NCBI RefSeq assembly: GCF_036321535.1
Contig: NC_087445.1
Span: 8,620,001 to 8,684,000 of the forward strand
DNA length: 64,000 bases
From: Camelus dromedarius
Taxonomy: Eukaryota
Reading direction: 5' to 3'
Part shown: piece by piece, positions 12,971 to 25,909 of the stretch
Layout: each line of letters begins with the position of its first letter
Position numbering within the stretch: position 1 is the stretch's first letter
The notes under the pieces: model-generated
Told to the model about the DNA's origin: nothing
The model's input: the letters and a program-made list of their open reading frames with translations, nothing else
The model's database searches: none
Position numbers and translations under genes: made by a program

Positions 12971-13892
12971 CTTCAATAACAAGAAAACCCCCCAAAATCC
13001 AAACAAAAAGTGGACAGAAGACCTAGATAGACATTTTTCCAAAGAAGATAGCCAGCCAGCCAACAGGCACATGAAAAGATGCTCAACATCACTAATTATC
13101 AGAGAAATGCAAATCAAAACTACAGTGAGGCATCACCTTACACCAATCAGAATGGCCATCATTAAAAAGTCCACAACAATATATACTGGAAAGAGTGTGA
13201 TAGGAATGAAAATTGATGCAGCCACTGTGGAGAACAGTATGGAGGGTCCTTAAAAAACTGAAAAAGACTTATCATATGATCCAGCAATCCCACTCATGGG
13301 CATATATCCAGAGAAAACTCTAATTTGAGAAGATACATACACCCAGTTTTCATAGCGGCACTATTTGTAGTAGCCAAGCCATGAAAACAACTTAAATGCC
13401 TGTCAACAGATGAAGGGATCAAAAAATTGTGGTATATTTACACAATAGAATATTACTTAGCCATAAAAATTGAAATAATGCCATTTACAGCACCATGAAT
13501 GGACCTAGAGATTATCATACTAAGTGATACAAGCCGAAGAGAAACATCATATGATATCACTTATATGTAGACTATAAAAAAATGACACAAATGAACTTAT
13601 TTACAAAACAGAAACAGACTCACAGACATAGAAAACAAACTTAGGGTTACAAAGGGGAATAAATTAGGTATTTGTGATTAACAGATACGCACTACTATGT
13701 ATAAAATAGGTAAAGAGCAAGGTCCTACTGTATAGCACAGGGAACTATATTCAGTATCTTGTAGTAACCTGTAATAAAGAAGAATATGAAAAAGAATATT
13801 CATATATATACAATTGAATCACTGTGCTGTACACCAGAAACTAACACAGCATTGTAAATCAACTATAATTCAATTAAAAAATTAAAAAAAAA
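12971..13892 (+). mobile_element. 5'-truncated lineage-recent L1 (ORF2 C-terminus, 3'UTR, polyA)
   Basis: ORF 12945-13253 contains [14 protein letters not shown]...[19 protein letters not shown] (L1 ORF2); perfect 14-bp TSD aagagaaatgagat at 12957-12970 and 13893-13906. Confidence 0.95.
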
Positions 13893-16800
13893 AAGAGAAA
13901 TGAGATTTTTAGACTTTCCCTTTTGAAAGTGCGAGTACCCAATGAGTTTATAGGTACAGAACAGATAATTTCATGATGTTTCAGTTATTCCTGTCTAGAA
14001 AGAATAAAAGATCCTTACATTATTCATGAGGCTGGCATAATTCTATTGCTAGAACATGTTTTTTTTTTTTTTAAAGTGAATAACCAGCTGTTTAAAAATA
14101 TACAAAAATCTTAATAAAATTCATTTACATATCAGAAACTAAATCTAGTAATATATCAAAAGGAGAATATGTAAGGCTATTCAAGAAATATAAGGATGGT
14201 TCATTATCATATAATGAATCAAGTAAACAGATTAAGAAAAAGCTTATAATTATATCTCTATATGCTATCACCTTCTAAAATGTAGCAGGCATTTTAAAGT
14301 CCTAAATAAAATAATTCGATAAGAAAGTTATTTAAATACAGTATAGATTATTTTCATCCAAACAAATGGCAAAATGCTAACTTGGAGCTAGTCAAGGATA
14401 CATTCCAAAATTTCATTGCATATTTTCCCTTGGTAGTTTCAGTTTACTGGAGGCTTTAGCATAACAGTAGGGAGTAAAGAGATTACAGACATGCCTTTAT
14501 TTCGTCTTTATTAAAGATTACATTTTCTCATCACAGTTCTGGAGTCCGCTGTACTTTACGTAGATGAAACGTCTTCCTCTCTGAGCTGTGAAGGGTAATA
14601 TGAAAATCGCTGCTGTGCACGTATGTGTAGTGTTTTTGCTTTGGGGAGCAGCGTTCCTGGGGGAGCTCACTTTTCCCGCTGACCGTTTGCAGCAATTGCT
14701 CCACCCATTCCTGTTGGACTTTCAGAGAACAACTGATCCAGAGATAGTTTTCACTAACTCAGTTCTGTGATTTTGCTCTCAGAGACCAAAACTATGGTAC
14801 ACAATTAAAGGACCGGCTGATAGAGGGATGTTGTGCCCTGCTGAACGTAATACTACAGAAACAGGCCTGGTAAAGGCAACGTTCCAGGAGGAATCTGCTT
14901 ACCTCTCTGGGCACAAAATTTTGCCCATGGTACTCAGGTACGGTCCTCTGGTTCATTTGTCTTTGACAAGACTTCCGGAGGAATTAAAAAAAAATGACAG
15001 ACACTTGATGTAAAATTTGAATCCCAGAGTGTTTATTATGTAATCAATAAGCATAATTAAAAACAAGTTGCAAATGACTTGCAGCATTTTCTCATGTGGA
15101 AATATGAATTACTCCCCTGTCCGGGAGCAGTGAGGACCAGGGCTCAGGTGTGGCTCTGAGACTGGTCATGTTTGGCTTTGGCCTGAGCTCTCTGCTTGCA
15201 TAGACTTGGCTCTGCCAGTCCTCTTGTGGGCTTGTCACCCATCAGTCTGTACCAGTCTGTACCAGGCAGGTCCCTTATCAGAGTCTGAGACTTTCTCAGT
15301 TTTGATAATCTGTTACTATTCTAACTTCATTTTAAATACCGAGACCTTACCAGTAATATTCATAGGAGAATCTCCCTGGCACCAATTATGCTCTATAAAT
15401 GCCACTTGCTAATCATTATTTACTCTGGTAGTTTCTCTGTGTTGCTGGCCAGCTTCTCTGTTTTCTGCTTTCTTCTTTCTTATCTCTGTTCTGTGTGTAC
15501 CGAAGTGCTGGGGCATTATCTGATTTGTACTCAGAAATTCACTGAAAATTAGTTTTTCCTCAGGCAGAAGCATGGATACCATTACACATTTTTGTGAGCA
15601 AAGAAATGGCCTCACTTCTGAGGATGTATCTCATGGAACAGCCTGGTGGCACGTCTTTGCGCTCCTTCTGACTGTTGCTAGGATTACAAAGCTGTTTGCA
15701 CTGCTCTTACCTCTGCTGGTGCCTAATGCTAAGGACCCTGTGTACTCTCACTTGAAGACGAGCATGAAAGCTTAATAAAGATCACCTCTTTCAGCATCAC
15801 TTGAGCTGGAAGGCAGAATTGAAGGGACATCCCTGTCAGAGGCTATGTCTTGTAGCCTTGCCCACATGGTGGATTTGGAGGCACCCAAAAGAGGGCAAAA
15901 GATGGGAGAAGTTTGCTGTGACAGCTGGTAGGTCCCCTGAAGTGCACCTCATCCTCTTCTAGAAGGGGAGAGGCTGGGATTCCTGCCACAGGACAGCACC
16001 CTGACAGGATATCCTCACTAGGAAAAGGCTTCCTTTCTTCAGGAGACTAGCCATCAGATGTGCCCAGCTGGCTTACTCTCTATTTCATCACAGAGAATTA
16101 AGTGCAAATTTGAAACATAAACTGTGAGTTGCATCACTGTGAAAAGGTTGTTTACAGTAGTAAGGTTAAAAGCTTCGATAGTTTAAGTGGATAATCTGGT
16201 GACCATCTGGAGTGTAGCCTATAAGAGCCGAAGAAAAAGCAGATCCTTGATGATGTTCCAAGAATTACCAGAAGGCTATTAGAAAGATACTGTATTTCCA
16301 GATGTAATATGAAGATGAATAGCATTAATAGAGAAGGTACATGTAAAGTTCATGTTAATATCATCCTGTCAGGCTCCTCCATGTGATCGGAGTGATGGCT
16401 CCCAGTGGTTCTGACCTTGTGCATTTAGGGCTCCATGTTCACAAGAGGGGCTCTTATCCCTTTTGTTGACTTCTCATGGTTACATGGGAGTGTTTCAATA
16501 AGATGTCCTGATTTAGTGGAGCAGTGGGGTCCAGATGCACCATCCCTAATTCCACTAAGTGTTCTGTCTTTGACAAATGAACTAATAGTAATCCAAAGCA
16601 ATTGTTACTTGACCACAAATTTCACTCGTGAATAGAAAGAAGGGTGCAGTCTGTAGAGAGTATCTGTGTTGTTTGGACTCCTTGTCTTCCTAGTATTTTA
16701 CACTTTGCTCCTGTAGACCACACTCATGGGACCGTTAGCTCTCAGCTCAGGGGGGAACGCCTAGGAGTAGATTTAACTGAAGAGACTACACAGGTATTTT

Positions 16801-17041
16801 ATGGATTTTTCAGAATTTCTAAATACTCTTTATGAGTAGCCCTTACTGATTTAGCCTATCTGTCAGTTGGCCCTGAGCCTGACTTTTTGGGTTGCCTGCT
16901 CTAAATTTCCCAGATCTTTCAGGAACTGTGTGGACAGTGGATATTTTCATAAATAATAATATTAAGATGGAAAATCAGCACAGGGCTCTGCTTCTTTTGG
17001 AAATAGCAGCAGGGAAAGACAAAGAAACTATTTATCAAGGG

Positions 17042-17557
17042 TATGGTAGACAGAGTTCTAAAATGTTCCTCCAAGTTTTCTCAACTTAATACCTGGGACC
17101 ATGAATATGATGAGAAATCACAATTGTTATTATGTTACCTTACATGGCAAAAAGGATTTTGGAGAGATAATTAAGGCTACAGATCAGTTGACTTTGATCA
17201 AAAGGGAGTTTATCTGGGCAGATCTAATCTAATCACACAAGCTATTAAGAGCAACCTCTTCTCCACTGATCAAAAAGGGAAAGTCAGAGAGAATTAAGAT
17301 ACAGAAGAGGGGGACTTGTGCAAGGACCTCTAGGAGCTGAGTGACCTCCAGCTGACAGCCAGAAAGGCAGCTGGGATGACTGCAAGGAACTGCATTCTGT
17401 CAATGATAGGAATGCTCTGGGAAGAAAACTCAGAGCTCCAGATGAAAATGTAGCTGGCTGATACTTGGGTTCCAGACTTGTGAGACCCTAAGCAGAGAAT
17501 CCTGCTAAGCTTGCCTGGACTTCTGGCCAACAGAACTGTGAGCTAATAAATGAATGC
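17042..17557 (+). mobile_element. MLT1E-like ERVL-MaLR solo LTR
   Basis: ttatgttaccttacatggcaaaaagg...ccagctgacagccag...gcaaggaactgcattctg...cagaactgtgagctaataaatg. Confidence 0.85.
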
Positions 17558-17955
17558 AATAACTAGCAAGGATACCATCCTTCTGGAAAAGTTGCTCCAG
17601 AGAAGCACCCCAAAGGGACATATTTTCCCTGGAACTTCTCCATAAAAGTAAACTAAAGACAAATTATTTTTCCCCCCACAGCAAAAGAGCTCTAGCTGAT
17701 ACTCTGGAAAGAAGTACTCAGTTGAATGCCACAGCGTTGGACATTTCCCACTGCATCAGATGGAGTACTTAAAATTCATTCTGTATTATCACTTGTAAAG
17801 AGTGAATCAAGTAGTACGTTTGTTAAAAATAAACAATGCAAATAATTAAGGAGAAAATATTATTCTGAGTCCTGACTCAAAGGAGGTATTCTAAATATAC
17901 TAACCAATTTTTAATTTCTTAGATATGTATTAGTTATAGAATTACAGTCATTGTA

Positions 17956-18480
17956 CAGACAACCCTGATTTACGATCTCTCAACTTACATCTTGTATTGA
18001 ATTTGTGATGGTGCAAAAGTGATATGCGTTCAGTAGAAACAATACTTTGGACTTTGGTCTTTTCCTGGACTAGTGATAAGTGGTACAGTCCTCTCTTATG
18101 ATGCTGGGCAGCAGCAGGGAGCCTCAGCTCAGGTACAAGCTCCCGATAGCCACACGGTCATGGCAAACATCTGGTACATGTACAACCATTCTGTTCCCAG
18201 ACAGCCATTCTGCTTCTCACTTTGAGTACAGTATTCAATACGTTACATAAGGTATTCAACACTTTGTTAAAAATAGGCTTTTTGTGAGATGATTTTGCCC
18301 AAATGTAGGCTGATATATGTGTTCTGATCACATTTAAAGTAGGTTATAAATGTTTGGTGGGTTAGGGATATTAAATATGTTTTTGACTTACACTATTTTT
18401 ACTTTGCCGTGGGTTTATCAGAATGTAATTTACCATGGATTCATCAGGATGTCTCTCTATTGCAAGGTAGAGAAGATCTG
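17956..18480. mobile_element. Tigger2a/MER28-like TcMar-Tigger DNA transposon
   Basis: TA-flanked caga...tctg termini; gatggtgcaaaagtgatatgcgttcagtagaaac and tgagatgattttgcccaaatgtaggctga match recalled Tigger2 derivatives. Confidence 0.85.
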
Positions 18481-19394
18481 TATCTGCAAAATTAATTATC
18501 ATAGTTTTTTTTCCTAGTATTTAAACATGAGAACTTCCTTAGGTTTTCTTAGTCTCCAAGAGCATCATTCTATGAGTAATTTCCAAGACGAGGCTGTACC
18601 TGCATTCGTTAGTCAGTTTATTATTAGATATTTAGATGTGGCCAGTTTTCCACTAATATCATGATACTTTGAGGAGTGTTTATTTTTGTATAATTTTTTT
18701 ATTGTATTTACTCTTTTGAGAGAATGCCACTTTTCATCAACCGTGATGGATACTATTCAGTTTAAAGTCTCCACTTATGCAAATGAACAGAATTCATTAT
18801 ACATGTCATCTTCTAGGAGTTTGATTCATGTAATCCTTTAATTTTCATTTTCTTCTAAGCACATGTTCTCCCTCCCCTGATATAGACACTTTAGCATCCG
18901 GTGATTAAATCCTGGCATTCCTCTCACAGTCCATCTCCATCACAATATTTGCTGCTCTGCAGTATAACTAGTGATTAACTTTAATTACAGTCATGACCAC
19001 CTTATATAGCAGAGGCCAAAGGATGATTACAAATCATGTTTCATAATATTCTTCTGTGAGATCAAGCTTCAGCACAGCTACCAGACTCACATAACGAATT
19101 TGCATATCACTACATAGAATTCAAATGGACTTCTTTTATCCAGTCCTACCCATTAGTCATCTTATTACAGTTTAGAAAATACATTAGCTTTGTACCATGA
19201 GTCTGCAGGTGAAAGTAAGGGGGCAGCGTTCCATTACTAACACAGCTATAATGATGAGAAAAAATTCTCCAGGTTATTTTGTATTCTGCCTGATTTCACT
19301 GAATATCACTCATAGGTAAATCACTCATAGACCATCAATACACGATGAGAAAGTTTTTATAAGATGTAATTATTTAAGTGGAGACAATTCTTAT

Positions 19395-20490
19395 AATTTA
19401 TTGAATGTGTGCTATAAACCTGCTACTATGCTGAATTTAACACATTGTTCCATTTAAACCTACAAAAACACTCTGAGTCTCTATTTTGTTTATTTTTATT
19501 TATCCCCACCTTTTCATTGAAGTATAGTTGATTTACAATTTTCAGGTCTACAGCAGAGTGATTCAGTTATACATAGATATGTATATATATATTCTTTTTT
19601 AGATTCTTTTCCATTATAGACTATTATAAAATATTAAATACAGTTCCCTGTACTATACAATAGGACCTTGTTGTTTATCTATTTTATACATAGTAGTGTT
19701 TATCTGTTAATCAAAAATCCCTAATCTATCCCTCCCCATCCTCTTTCCCCTTTGGTAACCATAAGTTTGTTTTTCATGCCTGTGAGTCTATTTCTGTTTT
19801 GTTAATAAGTTTCTTTGTATCATTTTTTTGATTCTATGTATAAGTGATATCATAAGATACTTGTCTTTCTCTATCTGACTTACTTCCCTTAGTATAATAA
19901 TCTCTAGGTCCATCCATGTTGCTACAAATAACATTATTTCATTCTTTTTATGGCTGAGTAATATTCCATCGAATATATGTACCACATCTTCTTTATCCAT
20001 TCATCTCTTGATGGACATTTAGGTTGCTTCCATGTCTTGGCTATTGTAAATAGTGCTGCTATGAACACAATATAGTATCATGTCATCTGCAACTAGTGAC
20101 AGTATTACTTCTTCCTTTCCAACGTAGATCCCTTTCATTTCTTTTTCTCCTCTGATTGCTGTGGCTAGGACTTCTAAAACTATGTTGAATAAAAGTGGCA
20201 AGAGTGGGCACATTTGTCTTATTGTTGATCTTAGGGGGAATGCTTTCAGCTTTTCACTGTTGAGTATGAGGTTAGCAGTCAGTTTGTCATACATGGCGTT
20301 TATTACATTGAGGTAAGTTCCCTCTATGCCCACTTTCTGGAGAGTTTTTTTTTTAATCATAAATGGATGTTTAGTGGGAATTGAGTCTTAGAGAAAATAG
20401 GTGGCTGACTAAGGTCATTCTGTTGACCAGTAGCAGAGCTCAGCCCCAGTCTCATGTTGACTTCACTCCTGAGCCAAGGTTCTAAACCTA
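19395..20490 (-). mobile_element. MIR split in two by an L1 (halves ~19395-19510 and ~20373-20490)
   Basis: Left half ends ...catttaaacctacaaaaacactctgag...ttatccccac; right half resumes gggaattgagtcttagaga...aaggtcattc...agtagcagagct. Confidence 0.6.
19511..20372 (-). mobile_element. 5'-truncated L1 with a large internal ORF2 deletion
   Basis: ORF 20019-20360 reads [35 protein letters not shown]...ADDMILY (RT domain) and then joins directly to sequence from the ORF2 C-terminus and 3'UTR at ~20069. Confidence 0.9.
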
Positions 20491-21505
20491 CTATTTCCTA
20501 TAGAAATTTCACTGAGGGTGTTGTTGAGGTTGGTTGTATCTTGCTGTACGTGGTAGATGCAGTTAATAGTCTTGTGCATTTACTTACTGATTTTTTAAAC
20601 AATGTTTATGGAGTGGCCACTCTGTGACAAGCACTAAGCATCACTTGTAATTTCACTCAGTGATGACATTCTTGCTGTATTGTTACATAAGGAAGCAGTT
20701 AAAGTTACCTGGAAATGGGAGCCTGTGTTTTCTCTTCTGGATGTGATCTCTGAGTCTTCTGAACAGAGGCTTCAAAATTAAAGGCTATTTTAGCTGGAGG
20801 TGAAGTTAAACAGGTTTGAGTTTAGTGTAAGACTTACTGAAAGTCTGAAATATCCTAAAGCTTGAGTCCCACTCAAAGTTCTATTCCCAGGAGGCTGGGG
20901 GTTTCCTGTTTCTGGTGACTCAGGGAAAAGCCATGTCCTAATGTGATGGTGGGAGTTGGTGGCTGTGATAACAATCACTCACAGAGATGAGGGTGGGGCA
21001 GCTCAAGGCCCTGCAGAAGTGGGGGCTTTTCTCTCCTCTCTTAAGTCACATGCTCCCTGCACTGAGGAAGGTGATAAATCTGCTGAGAGCAGGTGAAGCA
21101 AAGAGCTAAAACTGCTCTTTCTGACCAGGTTTACACTCCAGATCTCTTCTCATGTCTTTCCCAGAGAGGAGCACGTTCATATGTCTGCTATATCACAATC
21201 AGAAAAAGAAAAAAGACAAGGTTTTAAATTACCTCCCTCTTTTTTTTTCTTTTTGGAAAGTTCAATCATCCATAAAGTTTATGGATTCTTTATCAAGGTT
21301 TTAGCCATATGATTATCCAAGAACTCTAAAGAGATGAAAAATGATAAGATAAAAGAAAATAGTGAAGTTAGAGAAAATGATGAGGTTGAGAGTTGGGGAG
21401 AAGCAGCAGAAAGTGAAGAAAGTACACATGCATGTTTTTGAATCCTAAGACCCTGTCTAATACTTCATGGATCTTCATGGATACAGTTTGTCCATGCCTG
21501 TAAAC

Positions 21506-21671
21506 ACTTTTTTCCCCTTTAAAATTTTTTATTATTATTTTTTAAACTTTTTTTATTGAGTTATAGTCAGTTTACAATGTTGTGTCAATTTCCAGTGTAG
21601 AGAGTAATCTTTCAGTTATACATGAACATACATGTATTCATTGTCACATTCTTTTTCGCTGTGAGCTACCA
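21506..21671 (-). mobile_element. Short young L1 3' end with TSD
   Basis: ttattgagttatagtcagtttacaatgttgtgtcaatttccagtgtagag; TSD catgcctgtaaac at 21493-21505 and 21672-21684. Confidence 0.9.
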
Positions 21672-22109
21672 CATGCCTGTAAACTCTTAAGTGAAAACTT
21701 AATGGACAGATCCACATATTTGTAACTTTGCAAAAGCTCACTACCAGTATTGTTCGGTCACCCTTTCAAAACAACTTCATTTATATTAAAGGGGTTATAT
21801 ATGACCATTGTGGGAAAATTAAGGTCAAGGACAAATTTTAAAAAGACAAGGAAGAAATTTTTCCACACTCTAGCCAACACTTTCCCAAAAACCCAAACAT
21901 TTGTTCTGTTTGATGAGTGATAATTAAATTTATGTCACCTGCTAATGAGTTTGACTCTCTTCATTTATTTATAGTCCTTTTGTATTTCTTACATGTGAAC
22001 TGCCAATTTTATGGATCAAGATGACTGTGTGGACTTTTTTTCCCCTTTGACTTGATAGATTTTCTCACTTGGAACCATTCTTTCCTACTTGCTGCCTGTT
22101 TACGCCTTG

Positions 22110-22390
22110 TATGTTGTGTTAGGTACCGAGCAGTCAGTGGTGGACCAGGAAGTTTCTGACTTCATGGAGCTTGTCCTGATAGAGGAAGCAAATACATGAG
22201 ATGATAATTAATTGAGATAAGTGCTATGACAAAGCACTTATGAATTATGATAAAACAAGATAAATCTAGATAGAGCGTAGTTGGGATGTGAGCAGCACTG
22301 CTTGGACTGGTAAGAAATATCTTCAGAGAGGAAGAAAACCATGGAGAGCCTTCACAGGCAAGGAAAAGAAATGTATCATGCAAACAGATT
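22110..22390 (-). mobile_element. L2 3' fragment
   Basis: tgacttcatggagcttgtcctgatagagg...gataagtgctatga...tcttcagagaggaag resembles the L2 3' region. Confidence 0.55.
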
Positions 22391-24584
22391 TTATAAAGAA
22401 ATTCTTCAGCCTCTTAATATCTTACCCTTACTGCTTACGTCCAAGTCACTTGTTAGTCTAAGGACAAATAAATTCTAGTTGATCACTTTGCAAGTCCTTC
22501 AGGGGTGGTCCAGCACCTTATTTGGAGGTATGTGACACCTGCTGTTTTGGTCTTAGCCTGTATGATTTCTACTAATGCTGAGAGGGACTGAGCTCATTTT
22601 AATATTCAGTTACACACCTTAGTAACCAGCTTGCTCTATAACGCTGTAGCAAGCTGAATGTAAGATATCCTGTTACTCTTCTGATTTATACTTTGGCCCC
22701 AGTGAGTCGCACTCACTACCTTTCTTTCAAGCAATTGAAGTTGCAAACTTACAGACCCAGATTTAATTTCTTTTGGAATCTGGACCTCAGTATATCTAGT
22801 GAGATAATTATTGCATTAAATATTTGGACTCCCATACTAGTGAAGACTTGAAAGCAGAATTTATGGAATGACTGTTACCTCAGCCAGAAGGAGCATACAT
22901 TGTCAGCTGAGAGCCCCTGTATCTCCCCGTGTGTACGTGCTGATGTTTCTTGTAAATTCTATTTTTATTTCAAGTGGGAACACGGGGTTTTCAAGTGTCC
23001 CAGGAGCTGTGTTAGGGATGAATGAAGTATGCAATCAATACCATATATGGAAAGAACATTTCATGAAACCATATGAATTGCTGATATTCAACCTTTTTTT
23101 TGACCCTATAATATGGGAATTTCATGTGGTTCCATCTACTAATAATAAGTAGAGGGATTACATACACAGCCTGTAACAGAGAATTTTAAACATATTTTCA
23201 GTTCTGAGAGGTAGCAGAAAGTTGCCTTCCCGGTGAGATGGGGCACACGGAAATATTTTCCCCATCTGTGGAGTGAATGGCTTGATCACTACCCTGTCTT
23301 GGAGATATATTCAGATTTCACCTGAGACCGAAAACATGAGGAAACTCAACTTCACAAAATGGCAAGAAATTAGGTCACTTTCAAACACCATCAGATGTTG
23401 GATTGGTGTAAATATATATATATATATAAAACTATGTATATGTATATATTTCTTTAGTAGTATTTATATTCTTAGATTATAGTAGTAAAACAAGTGCATT
23501 GTCTTTGAACAAAGACTGTATTCAAGACATGAGAGAGGCAGATAAAATATCAATGCATTTCCATTTTGATTTTAGTAACCATTATGCTTTTCAAAATTTT
23601 TCTTAATCAAGCTTAAAACTGGATAAAGCTAGTTTTATCCAATTCACCAACTTAGGATATAAATGTGAAGGTACCTCTTATAATCTGCAGTTATCTTTAA
23701 GCTAATTGCTATTTTTCCTATTATTTGTTAAATAATGATAATTTCAATTTTACAATCATTTGCCAAATAATTTCCCTCTGCCCTAATTATCAGAATATTT
23801 AGCATCTCATTCTGAAGACTATGGGAACCTCCATCCTTAGCTGTACCACAGATCATCTGGAAGTTTGTAGCTGCCCCATTTTAAAGGTTTTGGCCCTGCT
23901 TGCAGTGACAGTAGGTGGAGAACTGAGAAGACTGGTTAGACACTCACACCAGGATTTTTATCACACCTGCTGTTGTTAACGCTAAAAACTGCTGAAGAAC
24001 AGGAGAGACCCTGTGTGTCTATTGAGGTAATGACGTTCCAATCCATGCCAGCATCACACTGGAACCAAGATGTGAGCTCCACACTTCTAGCTCTTTGAGT
24101 TCATACATGATCAGTCATTGTCCCTACAGCATGACACTGGCTTAGCAACTCATTTCCTAGGCCCTTCATTCTTGGCCATGCAAATCCCTGGCTATTGTGC
24201 CGAATATAAATTTTTGGCCATCACTCTTCCTTTATTCAACAAGAGTTCTTCCTACCTCATGAGCTCAGAATCATACCATCAATTCTTAAAACATTTTCTT
24301 CTTTGAGTTTCATCTACATCCAGGTTTTTTTGTTTTTTTTTTGCCTCAGTGGCTCTCTCTTCAAAGTTTTCTTTCCTTTCTCCTCCTCTTCCATAAGTCC
24401 TCTAAATAATCTTGACTTCATCTACCTTTTGCTTTCTCTAAATATCCTCTCTCCCTTGGTGAATTACTCTAACTTCAAGGCTCTAAATATCATCTGTATA
24501 CTGATGGCCTTCAAATATATTTCTCAAGATTTGGCCTCTCCTTGAGTTTCACAGTCCTACTTGACATCTCCAGGTGGCTGTTTG

Positions 24585-24587
<3 letters not shown>

Positions 24588-24626
<39 letters not shown>
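24588..24626. repeat. (TG)19 microsatellite
   Basis: Read directly from the sequence. Confidence 0.98.
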
Positions 24627-24627
<1 letters not shown>

Positions 24628-25110
24628 CTTGCTGCAAACAACAGAGCCCATTCTAGCTAATTAAAGTGAAAAGCGATTTAGTCAGCACTGTGAGGTAGCT
24701 TACAGACTTTCTGGGAATGGTAGGAAGTCAGGCTTGGAAATATTTGGCCTGAAACAATACCAGAATCACTCTGCCATGGTGCTACTCCAAAGAATGCACT
24801 GCTATGGAATGTAGGAATGTTAGCTTATCCTGCTAACATTCCACCCAGGCTGGACACTGGGCTCCAGAATGACTGGTGGTGTTCTTTCACAAAGAGGGAT
24901 AAAGGTAGACAAGATGATTCTACGTAGCTGAATTCTATGTAAAAATCTTGGTGGTTTCACCTGGTGGCCAGATTTTAGGTCAAATGCCTGGGAAATTGAA
25001 TTTCCTGGTTTCAGCTCTTGGAGATGAGATCCTAAGACTCCAAGAACACAAAAGCACAAGAAGAGTGTCCAAAGCACTGAGCAGCCAGATTATATGACAA
25101 ATGTCCACAA
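24627..25110 (-). mobile_element. Old MLT1 (L/N-like) ERVL-MaLR LTR
   Basis: tcttgctgcaaacaacagagcccattctagctaattaaagtgaaaag is the reverse-complement MLT1 3' end; right boundary uncertain. Confidence 0.55.
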
Positions 25111-25909
25111 AGGTGAATAATAGCTCACACTTAACCTGGTCCAAACAGGACCATTGACTTTCTGTTGAAAATTCCCTTGCTGCCTTCTCACTGCCTTCCT
25201 TTCTTCCACCCATTCCCCCTGTTCATTTGATCAGTCCATCCTCTTAGTTCTTGGAACAAATCTATCCCAAACCTGACCATAGCCACTACTGAAATCGTAG
25301 TCCGAGGCACCATCCTCTCTTGCTTGAATGACTGTTAAGAGCCTCCCAGGAGGTCCCCCCACCTCACTCTTGTTCACTTAGTGGTGGACCAACCATCAGA
25401 AAGGGTAACATTAAGTCTCACAAGGGAAATGATCCCAATCTCTCTTTTTAATTTGGTCCCAAGGCAAATTTACTCATGTCTAAAAGCCTCACCTGCCCAG
25501 GAAAAGAGAGAGAAGGTGGAGGTGCTCATGAAAGGTCCATCACACTCCTTCTTCTCTGTGAATTTCATTTGCATGTTTATTAGTCAATGACTCTTCCTCA
25601 AGAAATTCTGTCCCAGGTTGAAAGACTACGTTGACTCACACAGGAAAGTGCTGGCTAGATTTCTTGTGAAAACCTTCTGTCTCTTTAATTTATACTAGAA
25701 AACATGTGTTTAGACATGAGAATCATTTACAAGGACCCTTCAGCTTCTCACAGATACCAGAATTACAGACGCTTTCATCAGTGATATCATTAATTAAAAC
25801 CCCTTTGTCTTTCAACATAAAGTATAGTGATTTATATCCCAATAAATAAGAATACTCAATTCTTATGGACCATTGCCTTGCTCTCATTTTATTCACCAGT
25901 CTTTCAGAC

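Larger units (their letters stand above)
10870..14460 (+). mobile_element. Ancient, highly decayed L1 (L1M-type) ORF2, interrupted by three younger insertions
   Basis: Degenerate endonuclease-domain sequence (atgtgctgttcacaggaaac, ~CCLQET) at 10870-10948, continuing collinearly at 11463-11841, 12299-12970 and 13893-14460; A-rich L1 sense composition. Confidence 0.7.
24300..25400 (+). mobile_element. L2 ORF2/3' fragment interrupted by a (TG)n repeat and an MLT1 LTR
   Basis: atcatctgtatactgatggccttcaa (~YHLYADDSQ motif) and cctacttgacatctcc; resumes at ~25225 with caccatcctctcttgcttgaatgactgttaagagcctcc. Confidence 0.7.
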
